A stretch of 32,000 nucleotides of DNA from Edaphobacter aggregans (lineage in GTDB: Bacteria; Acidobacteriota; Terriglobia; Terriglobales; Acidobacteriaceae). Where the stretch lies: assembly GCF_003945235.1 (NCBI RefSeq), contig NZ_RSDW01000001.1:3540001-3572000 (forward strand). The letters are read 5' to 3'. A model generated the notes under the pieces. It was not told where the DNA came from. It did no database searches and worked only from the letters and a program-made list of their open reading frames with translations. Made by a program: the position numbers and the translations under genes. Positions 1-8,623 of the stretch are shown here, one piece after another (the first letter of the stretch is position 1; each line of letters opens with the position of its first letter).

Positions 1-1181
1 TACATCACTCCGAACGTACCCACAATCGACAGCGGCACCGCAACGGAAGGAATGATCGTCGCCGCAATCGACCGCAGGAACAGGAAGATGACCATGACCA
101 CCAGGGCGATGGTCAGGATCAGCGAGAACTGTACGTCCTTCACCGATGCCCGGATGGTGGCGGTTCGGTCGGTCAGCACCTGCACCGTCACACTGGTCGG
201 CAGCGTGGAGCGCAGTTGCGGCAGAAGTCGGTTCACCTCATCCACGACCCCAATGATGTTCGCGCCGGGCTGCCGTTGGATGTTGACGATTACCGCCGGC
301 TTGAGCGTCAAGTCACGCGCCGGCTGATTCCCAGCGGCTGGCCGCGCCGACATTCCAACCCAGGCCGCTTGATACAGGTTCTCTGCACTGTCGATCGCAG
401 TCGCAACATCCGACAGCCGCACCGGCGACCCATTCCGGTACGCGATGATCACCTGGTTGTAGTCTTTGCTCGAGAGCAGCTGATCGTTCGCGCCGATCGT
501 ATACGCCTGCCGCAGACCACTCAGATTTCCCTTGGCCTGGTCGACATTGGCCGTGCCCAGCGCTGTCCGTATGTCCTCGAGACTCAACCCATAGTTCGCC
601 AATGCTGTCGGATTCGCCTGAATCCGCACCGCAGGCTTCTGTCCGCCATTGATCGACACCAAACCCACGCCAGAGAGCTGCGAGATCTTCTGCGCCATCA
701 CCGTGTCGGCCAAGTCCTCGACCTTCGACAGCTCCAGCGTGTCGCTCGTCAAGGACAACGTCATGATCGGCGCGTCAGCCGGATTCACCTTGCTGTACAC
801 CGGCGGATTCGGCAGGTCCTTTGGCAGGTATGTAAACGCTGCGTTGATCGCCGCCTGCACATCCTGCTGGGCGATGTCGATCGACTCCGACAACTCGAAC
901 TGCAGCGTGATCACGCTGCCGCCGCCCGAGCTGGTCGATGTCATCTGACTCAGTCCTGGTATCTGCCCGAACTGCCGTTCCAGCGGAGCCGTCACCGAAG
1001 AAGCCATCACGTCGGGGCTGGCTCCCGGATAGAACGTCATTACCTGAATCGTCGGATAATCCACCTGCGGGAGTGCCGAAACCGGCAACTGGTAGTACGC
1101 GACGGCACCCGCAAGCAAAATGGCCACCATCAAAAGCGAGGTGGCCACCGGCCTAAGAATAAATGGCCTTGATGGGCTCAT
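1..1181 (-). CDS. RND (HAE1, MdtB/MdtC-like) efflux permease, N-terminal 393 codons; the rest lies beyond the window start
   Basis: Reverse translation from the ATG at 1181 reads [77 protein letters not shown]. The frame stays open to base 1 (...[52 protein letters not shown]). This is the classic RND TM1, porter domain and TM2-4 pattern. It is missing from the ORF track only because it runs off the window. Its ATG overlaps the adaptor stop codon (ATGA at 1178-1181). Confidence 0.9.
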   Translation of the reverse strand, partial: MSPSRPFILRPVATSLLMVAILLAGAVAYYQLPVSALPQVDYPTIQVMTFYPGASPDVMASSVTAPLERQFGQIPGLSQMTSTSSGGGSVITLQFELSESIDIAQQDVQAAINAAFTYLPKDLPNPPVYSKVNPADAPIMTLSLTSDTLELSKVEDLADTVMAQKISQLSGVGLVSINGGQKPAVRIQANPTALANYGLSLEDIRTALGTANVDQAKGNLSGLRQAYTIGANDQLLSSKDYNQVIIAYRNGSPVRLSDVATAIDSAENLYQAAWVGMSARPAAGNQPARDLTLKPAVIVNIQRQPGANIIGVVDEVNRLLPQLRSTLPTSVTVQVLTDRTATIRASVKDVQFSLILTIALVVMVIFLFLRSIAATIIPSVAVPLSIVGTFGVM

Positions 1182-2692
1182 GGACGCGTACCCCCTGCAT
1201 TACCCGGCTGTCCGTGCTGCTGATTCTGTCCGGCCTGTCCCGCATTGCCGGTAGGCGCCGAAGTTCCCGTTTGAGCGCCTATCGAGTCCGCCGCAAAAAC
1301 ACGAGTCGCCTTTGTCGGGATCACTCTGCTTCCGTTGCGCAGCTTCTCCTGGCCATCCACAACCACCGAATCGCCCACACTCACGCCGTCTTTCAGGATC
1401 ACCTGTGTGCCTTCCGTTACATCGACCGTTACCGGCCTTGCCTCGGCCCAGAAAGGCGCCTGATTCTGCTTTCCGCCGCCATTGCCTGCACCAGCACCTG
1501 CAGCTGGCGCCCCGGCATTCGTAGCTCCCGCAGCGCGTCTGCGCCTGCCCTGGGTGCCGCTATCGCTGCCGTTGGTCAGCAGATTCGCCGGAGGATCTCC
1601 CGGATGCACCAGGTACACAAAGCTCCCCTGGGTTCCGCTCTGTAGCGCAGCCGCCGGAATCACCAGCGAGTTCGCTCTCTGCTCCAGGATCAACCGCACG
1701 TTCACAAATTGGTTCGGGAACAGCGCCCCGTCCTTGTTGTCGAAGACGGCCTTTACCTTTACTGTGCCCGTCGTCGTATCAATCTGGTTGTCTACCGTCA
1801 GCACTTTGCCGCTCGCCAGGTGCGTCGTGCCCGACCGGTCATAGGCCTCAACAGCCAGGGTATGGCCGTTCCGCGTCAGCTTCAGCACATCCTGCAGATG
1901 ATCCTCCGGCAGTGTGAAGATCACAGCGATCGGCTGCAACTGCGTCACCACCAGCAATCCGGTCGTATCTGCGGCATGAACGATGTTGCCCGGATCAACC
2001 TGCCGCAACCCGACTACGCCATTGATCGGCGAGGTAATCTTCGTATAAGCGAGGTTGACCTTGGCTGCCTGGATCGCCGCCTTGTCCGCATCGATGGATC
2101 CCTCCATCTGACCGGCAGTCGATACCTGTGCCTGCTGGTTTTCCTTCGAGACCACCCCTGCGTCCAACAGCGCCGTATACCGCGCCGCTTCTGCCGTAGC
2201 ATTCGCCGCAGCGGCCTGGTCCTTCACCAACTGCCCTTCGGCCTGAGCCAGCGCCGCCTGATACGGTGCCGGGTCTATCTCGGCCAGCAACTGGCCCTGA
2301 TGCACCGTCTGCCCCTCGGTAACATTTACCCGGATCAGCTGCCCATCCACCCGCGACTTGATCGTCACCGTGTTGTACGCCGTCACGGTTCCCAGTTCGG
2401 TCAGGTAGATCGGCATCGTCTTCTGCTGCACGGCGACCACCTGCACAGGCGTCGGCCGGTCCAGCATCGCCGCCATCTTCTGACCCTGCGTCACCTGTTC
2501 CTGCGAGTTCTTGCGTATCTTCCACACGGCCGCGCCTACCGCCAGTGCGATTACCAGCACCACAATCCACTTCCTGAAGCCCGATCCCTTCGGTTTCTCC
2601 GGCTCAGGCAGCGATATCTGCGGCTTAGGCGCCGGCAGGGCTGCATTGGTCTCTTGTTCGCTTATCTGGGCTGACGACATGGGTGCGCTCAC
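1178..2692 (-). CDS. RND efflux periplasmic adaptor (membrane fusion protein, MdtA/HlyD_D23-like)
   Basis: 504-aa ORF. It has an N-terminal TM ([16 protein letters not shown]) followed by lipoyl, hairpin and beta-barrel adaptor sequence ([48 protein letters not shown]...). It sits directly upstream of, and is coupled to, the RND permease. The start is GTG 2692 or ATG 2680. It carries a G/A/N-rich low-complexity insert and a G/Q/N-rich C-terminal tail. Confidence 0.85.
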   Translation of the reverse strand: MSAPMSSAQISEQETNAALPAPKPQISLPEPEKPKGSGFRKWIVVLVIALAVGAAVWKIRKNSQEQVTQGQKMAAMLDRPTPVQVVAVQQKTMPIYLTELGTVTAYNTVTIKSRVDGQLIRVNVTEGQTVHQGQLLAEIDPAPYQAALAQAEGQLVKDQAAAANATAEAARYTALLDAGVVSKENQQAQVSTAGQMEGSIDADKAAIQAAKVNLAYTKITSPINGVVGLRQVDPGNIVHAADTTGLLVVTQLQPIAVIFTLPEDHLQDVLKLTRNGHTLAVEAYDRSGTTHLASGKVLTVDNQIDTTTGTVKVKAVFDNKDGALFPNQFVNVRLILEQRANSLVIPAAALQSGTQGSFVYLVHPGDPPANLLTNGSDSGTQGRRRRAAGATNAGAPAAGAGAGNGGGKQNQAPFWAEARPVTVDVTEGTQVILKDGVSVGDSVVVDGQEKLRNGSRVIPTKATRVFAADSIGAQTGTSAPTGNAGQAGQNQQHGQPGNAGGTRP

Positions 2693-2903
2693 CGTGCTCT
2701 CAAAGATTTAGGGTTGAACCGAGGTTGTTGATGCGAGATTCTCGAAATCAGGATTCTGAGTTTTCTCTAGATACCTCAGAATAAATGATAATGACGTTGG
2801 CCGCCGCTGGAAGGTTTCGAAATCCAGCGTTCTCCATTTGGACAGATTCTGTCCTGCTTCATGGTGTTAGTCCGGTAATCGCGCTCATAAGGAAGGATTT
2901 TCT

Positions 2904-4400
2904 TTGCTCACTCCGGCCCCCGAACTCGCAACCTCCACCCTTCCCGCGCTCTGTGTCGACCTCGACGGCACTCTCGTTAAGTCGGATACGCTCGTCGACT
3001 CTACTCTCGCCCTCGCACGCCATCATCCTTCCGCACTCCTTCGTATCCCAGGCTGGCTCGCCCAGGGCAAAGCCGCACTCAAGCAGCACATCGCAGCTAC
3101 TGTTCAGTTAGACGTCGCCCACCTGCCTTACAACCGCGAACTTTTGCAATTTTTAGAGCGGCAGGGCTCCACGGGACGCCCCATCTACCTCGCCACCGCC
3201 GCCGACGGCGCTACCGCCCACCGCGTGGCGGATCACCTCGGCATCTTTGCCGGCGTCCTTGCCTCGGATGGAACCACTAATCTGTCTGGAAACAATAAGC
3301 TAGCAGCTTTCCGCGAACGCTTTGGCGACAACTTCGACTACATTGGCAACGCTCTTCCCGATCTTCCCCTCCTCCAGGCTTGCCACGAGCCGATGGTCGC
3401 CAATCCCACCGCTGGCCTCCGCGCCGCCCTCCGCCGTGCCCACATCACCCCCACCCGCACCTTCAGCGAGCAGGTCTCCCCCTTCAAAGCGTGGCCCAAA
3501 GCCATCCGCATCCACCAGTGGGCCAAGAACACCCTCATCTTTCTCCCCATGATTCTGGGACACGCCCTGTCCCCGGGCCTGATCGCAGCGGCCATTCTTG
3601 CCTTCTTCAGCTTCGGCCTCTGCGCCTCCGCCACCTATATCGTCAACGATCTCCTCGACATCGAAGCCGACCGCCACCACCCCCGCAAGCGCCGCCGTCC
3701 CTTCGCCTCAGGAGACCTCTCCGCCATCGCCGGCGTCCTCGTCATCGCCGTCTTCCTGGTCGCCTCCATCGCCCTTGCCCTCCTCGTTCCGCGAGCCGTC
3801 TCCACCTTTTCGCCCGGATTCTATCTCGCCCGGCCGCACAATTTCCTGGCGTGGCTGGCCTTCTACGCCGTGACTACTCTCGCCTACTCGCTCCGCTTTA
3901 AGCGCACAGTGCTGGTCGATGTCATCGTCCTTTCTGGTCTGTACACCGTGCGTATCATCGCCGGCTCCGCAGCCACGGGAGTTCCCGTCTCCACCTGGCT
4001 GGCCGGCTTCAGCATCTTCTTCTTCCTCTCGCTGGCGTTCGTCAAACGCTTCGCCGAGCTTGAAAATCTCCGCGAGCGCGGTGCAACCTCAGCCAAGGGC
4101 CGCGGCTACCACATCACCGACATCGAGCAGCTCCGCAGCTTCGGCTCCGCCAGCGGATACGCCTCCGTCGTCGTCCTCACCCTTTACATCTCCAACCTCA
4201 ACGCCGACGCCGGCCTGCTCTACAACCACATCCACCGTCTCTGGTTGCTGGTCCCCGTCCTTCTCCTCTGGCTAAGCCGCCTCTGGCTCCAGGCCTCCCG
4301 CGGCGAACTCAACGAAGACCCCGTCGTCTACGCCATCACTGACCGCCGCAGTCTCCTCATGGGCCTGCTAGTCGTGGCCATCGTCCTATCGGCCCTCTAA
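2904..4400 (+). CDS. HAD-like phosphatase domain fused to a UbiA-family polyprenyl-phosphate (phosphoribosyl)transferase-like membrane domain
   Basis: 498-aa ORF with a TTG start 6 nt after AAGGAAGGA. The N-terminal ~190 aa has HAD motif I (CVDLDGTLVKSD) and a HAD-IB-like layout. The C-terminal ~300 aa is multi-TM and carries the UbiA Asp-rich motif (YIVNDLLDIEADRHHPRKRRRPFASGDL), resembling the decaprenyl-phosphate phosphoribosyltransferase branch. Confidence 0.75.
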   Translation: MLTPAPELATSTLPALCVDLDGTLVKSDTLVDSTLALARHHPSALLRIPGWLAQGKAALKQHIAATVQLDVAHLPYNRELLQFLERQGSTGRPIYLATAADGATAHRVADHLGIFAGVLASDGTTNLSGNNKLAAFRERFGDNFDYIGNALPDLPLLQACHEPMVANPTAGLRAALRRAHITPTRTFSEQVSPFKAWPKAIRIHQWAKNTLIFLPMILGHALSPGLIAAAILAFFSFGLCASATYIVNDLLDIEADRHHPRKRRRPFASGDLSAIAGVLVIAVFLVASIALALLVPRAVSTFSPGFYLARPHNFLAWLAFYAVTTLAYSLRFKRTVLVDVIVLSGLYTVRIIAGSAATGVPVSTWLAGFSIFFFLSLAFVKRFAELENLRERGATSAKGRGYHITDIEQLRSFGSASGYASVVVLTLYISNLNADAGLLYNHIHRLWLLVPVLLLWLSRLWLQASRGELNEDPVVYAITDRRSLLMGLLVVAIVLSAL

Positions 4401-4464
4401 CAAGCCCTAATTTCCCATCACCTCCGCAGTTGTTCTTTCTAAGCCAGTACAAAAGATCGGGTGC

Positions 4465-4497
4465 CCCAATCATCGCAGTCTCATCGCGATGATTGGG
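4465..4497. repeat. Intergenic 12-bp-stem hairpin (REP-like element) between the UbiA fusion and pheS
   Basis: The arm cccaatcatcgc (4465-4476) pairs perfectly with gcgatgattggg (4486-4497) across a 9-nt loop. It is preceded by gggtgcc, a context typical of short dispersed hairpin repeats. It could also act as a terminator for the upstream gene, but there is no T-tract. Confidence 0.5.
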
Positions 4498-4585
4498 AAT
4501 GTAGAACCTTCCCCAACCAGCCTTCGCCGTTGCTCGTTCTCTCGGGCACACCCCACCCACCTCATTTATCCTGATCTTTACTCAC

Positions 4586-5701
4586 ATGAGCGACCACATC
4601 CCCCAACTCAACAGCCACGGCGAACCTGACCTGGAAGCCGCCTTCGCCACTCTCGCCGCAGAGGTCCGCACCGAAGCCGCCGCCCTCACTACCCCCGACG
4701 CGCAGGAAGCCTTCCGCCTCCACTGGCTGGGCCGCAAGCAAGGCCGCCTCAAGCTCATCAGCGACGCCTGGCTCAAGTCCGCCCCGGCTGAAGCCCGCAA
4801 GCCCCTCGGCATCCGCTTCAACCAGCTCAAGCAGCAGATCGAGCAAGCCCTCGAAGCCCCGCTAGCCACTGCAAGCACGGCAGCAGTGCAGGGAATTGAC
4901 GTCACTCTCCCCGGAGCCATCCGCACTCCCGGCATCCCCCACCCGCTCCTCAAGACCATGCAGGAGATCGTGCAGGTCTTCCACCACCTCGGCTACAGCA
5001 CCAACCTCGGCCCCCAGGTCGAAACCGACTTCTACAATTTCGAGGCCCTCAACTTCCCTCCGAACCACCCCGCACGCGACACCCAGGACACCCTGCAAAT
5101 CGCCCACCAGTCCTCCAAGCCATCACGCGACCGCCTGCTGATGCGCACCCACACCAGCCCCGTGCAGATCCGCACCATGGTCGCGCAGGCCCCGCCCATC
5201 CGCATCGTCATCCCCGGCAAAGTCCACCGCAACGACGCCGCCGATGCCACCCACTCCCCCATCTTCCATCAGGTCGAAGGCCTCTGCGTCGACACCAACA
5301 TCACCTTCTCCGACCTCAAGGGCACGCTCGACCACGCCATGAAGGCCCTCTTCGGCAGCGACGTCAAAACCCGCTTCTTCCCATCGTTCTTTCCCTTCAC
5401 CGAGCCCAGCGCCGACGTCCAGATCTCCTGTATCTTCTGCGGAGGCAAGGGCTGCCGCAAGTGCAAACACTCCGGCTGGATCGAGCTCCTCGGCTGCGGC
5501 ATGGTCGACCCCGCCGTCTTCGCTGCAGTCACCGAAGAACGCCGCAAGACCAACCCCGCCGACGACACCTACAATCCCGAGCGCATCACCGGCTTCGCCT
5601 TCGGCATGGGCGTCGAGCGCATCGCCATGATCCAGCACGGCATCTCCGACATAGGCCACTTCTACTCCGGAGACATGCGCTTCTTAGAGCAGTTCGCCTG
5701 A
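4586..5701 (+). CDS. pheS: Phenylalanine--tRNA ligase alpha subunit
   Basis: 371 aa with class II aaRS PheS motifs (FPPNHPARDTQDTL, HTSPVQIRTM, FFPFTEPSADV, GFAFGMGVERIAM) and the C-terminal GDMRFLEQFA. Confidence 0.95.
   Translation: MSDHIPQLNSHGEPDLEAAFATLAAEVRTEAAALTTPDAQEAFRLHWLGRKQGRLKLISDAWLKSAPAEARKPLGIRFNQLKQQIEQALEAPLATASTAAVQGIDVTLPGAIRTPGIPHPLLKTMQEIVQVFHHLGYSTNLGPQVETDFYNFEALNFPPNHPARDTQDTLQIAHQSSKPSRDRLLMRTHTSPVQIRTMVAQAPPIRIVIPGKVHRNDAADATHSPIFHQVEGLCVDTNITFSDLKGTLDHAMKALFGSDVKTRFFPSFFPFTEPSADVQISCIFCGGKGCRKCKHSGWIELLGCGMVDPAVFAAVTEERRKTNPADDTYNPERITGFAFGMGVERIAMIQHGISDIGHFYSGDMRFLEQFA
5636..5701 (+). repeat. Direct repeat copy 1: the functional last 66 nt of pheS
   Basis: cacggcatctccgacataggccacttctactccggagacatgcgcttcttagagcagttcgcctga. 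It matches 7738-7803 at 59/66 positions, and its last ~34 nt match 6473-6506. Confidence 0.85.
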
Positions 5702-5705
5702 AGCC

Positions 5706-5735
5706 GTTGTTCAGCGTCAAGTTGTTCAACGTCAA
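5706..5735. repeat. Tandem 15-nt direct repeat immediately after the pheS stop codon
   Basis: gttgttcagcgtcaa (5706-5720) is followed directly by gttgttcaacgtcaa (5721-5735), with 1 mismatch. Confidence 0.7.
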
Positions 5736-5787
5736 AAAGATAGCGCTTCAACATGCCTCCTGATATGCTCAGGGGGCATTTCCATTT

Positions 5788-6453
5788 TTGAGTTTATCCA
5801 GGGGTATTTGTTTGAGACTTGCAACTGTGTTTGCCTTGGTACTTATTGCACTATCTGCCCAATCTTTGCATGCTGATTTGATAGGCACCAGCGTCTCCGG
5901 TTCGCTCTATTACACGTACACCGGCCCCGCCCCAGCTTATGGCACTGTAGTTTCGTACAACTTGTACGACCCCTCATCCTATTCCAACGCTGTTCCGTCT
6001 ATTTACGGCAACTATGCGGGACCAAATAACATCACCATCGGATCTGCCACTGAATTCGGCTATGAAGACACGTCTTTGCTCATCATCACTTCAGACTTCA
6101 CGGATAGCGCTCTTACCATCACGGAAACCTGCCAATGGGCCTATGGCTGCGGAGTCTTCGGCGATTTATTCACGTTCACCGATCCTGCCTTCACAAATCT
6201 GACGCTTCTTTCCGACCCTTCGAACTTCATCGAATCCTATAGCCTCATAGGCGATACGATGACGATCCGGGCTGATTCTCCTACCTTGTACCTGACATCT
6301 CGGATTCTCTACGGAACAGATACTGCCGTATTCTCCATCGATCCCACTCCCTCAGTCCCCGAGCCAGGTTCACTCGTATTGCTATCCACCGGTGTCTTGG
6401 CAACACTAGGCTTCGCTCGTTGCAAAAAATCTCGCAAAAAAACTCAAGGATGA
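5788..6453 (+). CDS. PEP-CTERM sorting-domain secreted protein
   Basis: Signal peptide (LATVFALVLIALSAQSLHA). The C-terminus is PSVPEPGSLVLLSTGVLATLGFARCKKSRKK, i.e. a PEP motif, a TM helix and a basic tail. The TTG start at 5788 lies 11 nt after AGGGGG; TTG 5812 is an alternative start. Many codons end in A/T, unlike the flanking genes. Confidence 0.8.
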   Translation: MSLSRGICLRLATVFALVLIALSAQSLHADLIGTSVSGSLYYTYTGPAPAYGTVVSYNLYDPSSYSNAVPSIYGNYAGPNNITIGSATEFGYEDTSLLIITSDFTDSALTITETCQWAYGCGVFGDLFTFTDPAFTNLTLLSDPSNFIESYSLIGDTMTIRADSPTLYLTSRILYGTDTAVFSIDPTPSVPEPGSLVLLSTGVLATLGFARCKKSRKKTQG

Positions 6454-6472
6454 GCAGTATCGTCTAGGCTTT

Positions 6473-6506
6473 GAAGACAATGCGCTTCCTCGAACAATTC
6501 GCCTGA
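6473..6506 (+). repeat. Direct repeat copy 2: a short pheS 3'-end fragment
   Basis: gaagacaatgcgcttcctcgaacaattcgcctga. The atg cgc ttc ctc gaa caa ttc gcc tga portion reads MRFLEQFA*. Against 7770-7803 it differs by 3 substitutions and 1 inserted base. Confidence 0.7.
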
Positions 6507-6531
6507 TTGTCAGCAGCTTCAGGAATTGCTC

Positions 6532-7575
6532 TTAGCTGGCATGTACAAGTTGCCGCCGCATCGTCCGTCGAACCACATGTCCTCCAACAAGGATCAGCGG
6601 TTTTTCAATTGCCACATGCAGCAACGCCGGGACCGCGATCACTCCTGTTATGAGCACGGCAATACGGACCCACATTGGCGCGCCCGACATCGTGTGGAAC
6701 GCGAACCCCATCACAATCGTATGGCTTAGGTAGATTCCGTACGAGTGTTCCGCGATCCAATGCAACAGAGGCTGCAACACACCGCGCGAGACTTCTCGAG
6801 CGTTTGCATACAACAGGGCCAACAGCAGCGACACCACCCACGCACGCTGGAGCTTCACAGCCAGGTGCAGATTGTCGTGCGGTCCAAACAGTAAAATTGC
6901 GGCGGCGATCCCCATTGGCCATCCCCATGCCGGCAGCGTCCATCGCCAGCGTTTGCTCCGGATCACGTCGTACGCGACTATTCCCGATGTAAAGCACGGC
7001 GCATAGTGGAAAACGCTCAACCTCTCGCTTATCTCAGGCGTGATTAGCGCCAATACCACCGAGAGCGCCCATAATCCAATCGAAACATACCGGCGCTTAC
7101 CTCGTACTGCGAAGTAGAGCACTGGAAGCATCACGTACATCTGCACCTCAAGCGGCAAGCTCCACAGAACGCTCAGAATGTCCGGGCTGTAAGTCAGGTT
7201 CTGGGTCAACGTCAGGTTTGAAAGGTAAGCCTTCAGGCCGATCCAATGGTAGGTTTCCCCCGGATAGGCCGGAATCCTGAACATCACAATCAGCACCACA
7301 AACAAGATCGACAACGGATAGATTCTGAAGAACCGGCGGCACCAGAACCCCGTTACCAGCTCCCAGGAGCTCTGTGCGCTCGCCTGTAACCGCTCCAAAG
7401 AACCCATCAGCACAAAGCTGGTATGAACAAAAAAGATGACAACGCCGACGCGCCCGAGACTTCCAAAGCTTCGTATCCCGAATACATCCAACAAATGTGC
7501 GATAAAGACGCATAGTACGGCTGCCGCGCGCAGCATATCTAGATTAGGCGAGAGCGTCGCCTTCGGTGGTGGCAT
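6532..7575 (-). CDS. Acyltransferase family 3 (OafA/YrhL-type membrane O-acyltransferase)
   Basis: 347 aa and about 10 TM. The N-terminus NLDMLRAAAVLCVFIAHLLD...VVIFFVHTSFVLMGSLER is characteristic of acyltransferase_3 proteins. Confidence 0.8.
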   Translation of the reverse strand: MPPPKATLSPNLDMLRAAAVLCVFIAHLLDVFGIRSFGSLGRVGVVIFFVHTSFVLMGSLERLQASAQSSWELVTGFWCRRFFRIYPLSILFVVLIVMFRIPAYPGETYHWIGLKAYLSNLTLTQNLTYSPDILSVLWSLPLEVQMYVMLPVLYFAVRGKRRYVSIGLWALSVVLALITPEISERLSVFHYAPCFTSGIVAYDVIRSKRWRWTLPAWGWPMGIAAAILLFGPHDNLHLAVKLQRAWVVSLLLALLYANAREVSRGVLQPLLHWIAEHSYGIYLSHTIVMGFAFHTMSGAPMWVRIAVLITGVIAVPALLHVAIEKPLILVGGHVVRRTMRRQLVHAS

Positions 7576-7653
7576 GAAATTTCCTTAGATTAGTCACCTC
7601 AGAATATACCGGGACGTTCCGCCGCAGCCTACGACTAAAGCGGCAAGCCGCTG

Positions 7654-7740
7654 TCATCCGTCTAAAACAGGGGTCGATCGGGAGTAAAACTCAACCGGCC
7701 TGTTAAGGTCGGCGATAAAAGACAGCGAAACCGCGACCAC
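7654..7740 (-). pseudogene. C-terminal fragment (28 codons plus stop) of a third bestrophin-like/DUF4239-like paralog
   Basis: It reads ...VVAVSLSFIADLNRPVEFYSRSTPVLDG*. The full paralog at 8624-9373 has LVVAVSLAFIADLNSPRGGFIHTQP at the same place. The nucleotide similarity ends exactly at ccgcgaccac (7731-7740), where pheS homology begins. The 66-aa track ORF 7654..7854 is a chimera across this junction. Confidence 0.65.
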
Positions 7741-7803
7741 GGCATCTCCAATAGAGGTCACTTCTGCTCCGGAGACATGCGCTTCCTCGAGCAGTTCGCC
7801 TGA
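7738..7803 (+). pseudogene. Direct repeat copy 3: displaced or degenerate pheS 3' end
   Basis: cacggcatctccaatagaggtcacttctgctccggagacatgcgcttcctcgagcagttcgcctga, 59/66 identical to 5636-5701. It reads HGISNRGHFCSGDMRFLEQFA*. Its TGA lies 4 nt from the stop codon of the convergent gene at 7808. Confidence 0.8.
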
Positions 7804-7807
7804 GCCT

Positions 7808-8563
7808 CTAGTGCAGGCTGTCCCGCAAGCTCTGCAGGTTCTGTGGCTGCACACGAATTACGCCGCTGCGCGGACTATCGATATCCGCGATCAGAAAGAA
7901 CGCGATTGCAACCAGAAGCGGCAGCACGATCGCCAATTTGGGCTCAACGCGCCGGGCTTGAAATCCAAATAACACACAGCAGCAGATCGCAACTACAAAC
8001 AGCAGCATCCAGGCCGCCCCGGGAACCCGGTACCGCCACGCAGCTTCTGTATAACCCTGCGAGTTCAGTACGTCGTTCATTCCACCTACCGTCAGGGTCA
8101 CCACCGAAATCGGCTGCTGCTCCTTCACATGACCCGAAGCAGCAGTCCAGAGCTCACCCTGCACTCGCGCCGTATCTGCATTGACCCGCCGCAGATCATC
8201 GTCGCTTCGCGCCCCGTAGTGCTGAATCCGCAGGTCTAAATACTGCCGTAGAAGCTCACGCACCTGCGCTCCGTCCGCCTCGGGAAGCAAGTCCGCGCGA
8301 AGATACTCCGTTCCAATCGCGTTGGCCTCAGCCTCCTCATAATTCTTTCGCTGATCGTACCGGCCGACCGCCATCGAAAAGCTGAACCCGATCACCAGTC
8401 CAAGCAGCGTCAGCGCAGCGCCTAGAACCACATCGAAGTCTGGGCGCTCCTCCTCGGAGATGGACTTCCGTCGAAGGCGCAGCTGAGTCCCCAGCCAGTT
8501 CGCAAACCACAGAATCGCGAACGAAACAAAAAAAATCAGGACAGGATAATCCAAAAGCCTCAT
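7808..8563 (-). CDS. Bestrophin-like / DUF4239-like membrane protein, paralog A
   Basis: I chose the ATG at 8563 (MRLLDYPVLIFF...) because it is preceded by AGGAGG; the track ORF extends to 8590. It has one N-terminal TM, a second TM (VVLGAALTLLGLVIGFSFSM), a soluble helical middle and two C-terminal TMs. The family assignment is from memory of DUF4239 architecture and was not searched. Confidence 0.75.
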   Translation of the reverse strand: MRLLDYPVLIFFVSFAILWFANWLGTQLRLRRKSISEEERPDFDVVLGAALTLLGLVIGFSFSMAVGRYDQRKNYEEAEANAIGTEYLRADLLPEADGAQVRELLRQYLDLRIQHYGARSDDDLRRVNADTARVQGELWTAASGHVKEQQPISVVTLTVGGMNDVLNSQGYTEAAWRYRVPGAAWMLLFVVAICCCVLFGFQARRVEPKLAIVLPLLVAIAFFLIADIDSPRSGVIRVQPQNLQSLRDSLH

Positions 8564-8623
8564 GAAAAAAGCCTCCTGAGCACTCTTCAACCAACTGAGA
8601 ATAGTCCAGCGCGATCCCGCTGA

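Noticed and set aside
2741-2823. Two TCGAAATC octamers (2741-2748 and 2816-2823) in the divergent efflux / UbiA-fusion promoter region, as possible TetR-type operators
   Set aside because: The sites are short, about 75 bp apart, lack dyad symmetry, and no regulator gene is nearby. This is compatible with chance.
5702-7737. Search for an integrase, recombinase or transposase within the segments bounded by the pheS repeats
   Set aside because: No ORF in the track on either strand shows recombinase hallmarks. The segments are therefore described as remnant cargo, not as an intact mobile element.
7654-7854. 66-aa minus-strand ORF
   Set aside because: It is a chimera that reads through the antisense of the pheS 3' fragment into a DUF4239 C-terminal fragment. 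I annotated it as two gene remnants instead.
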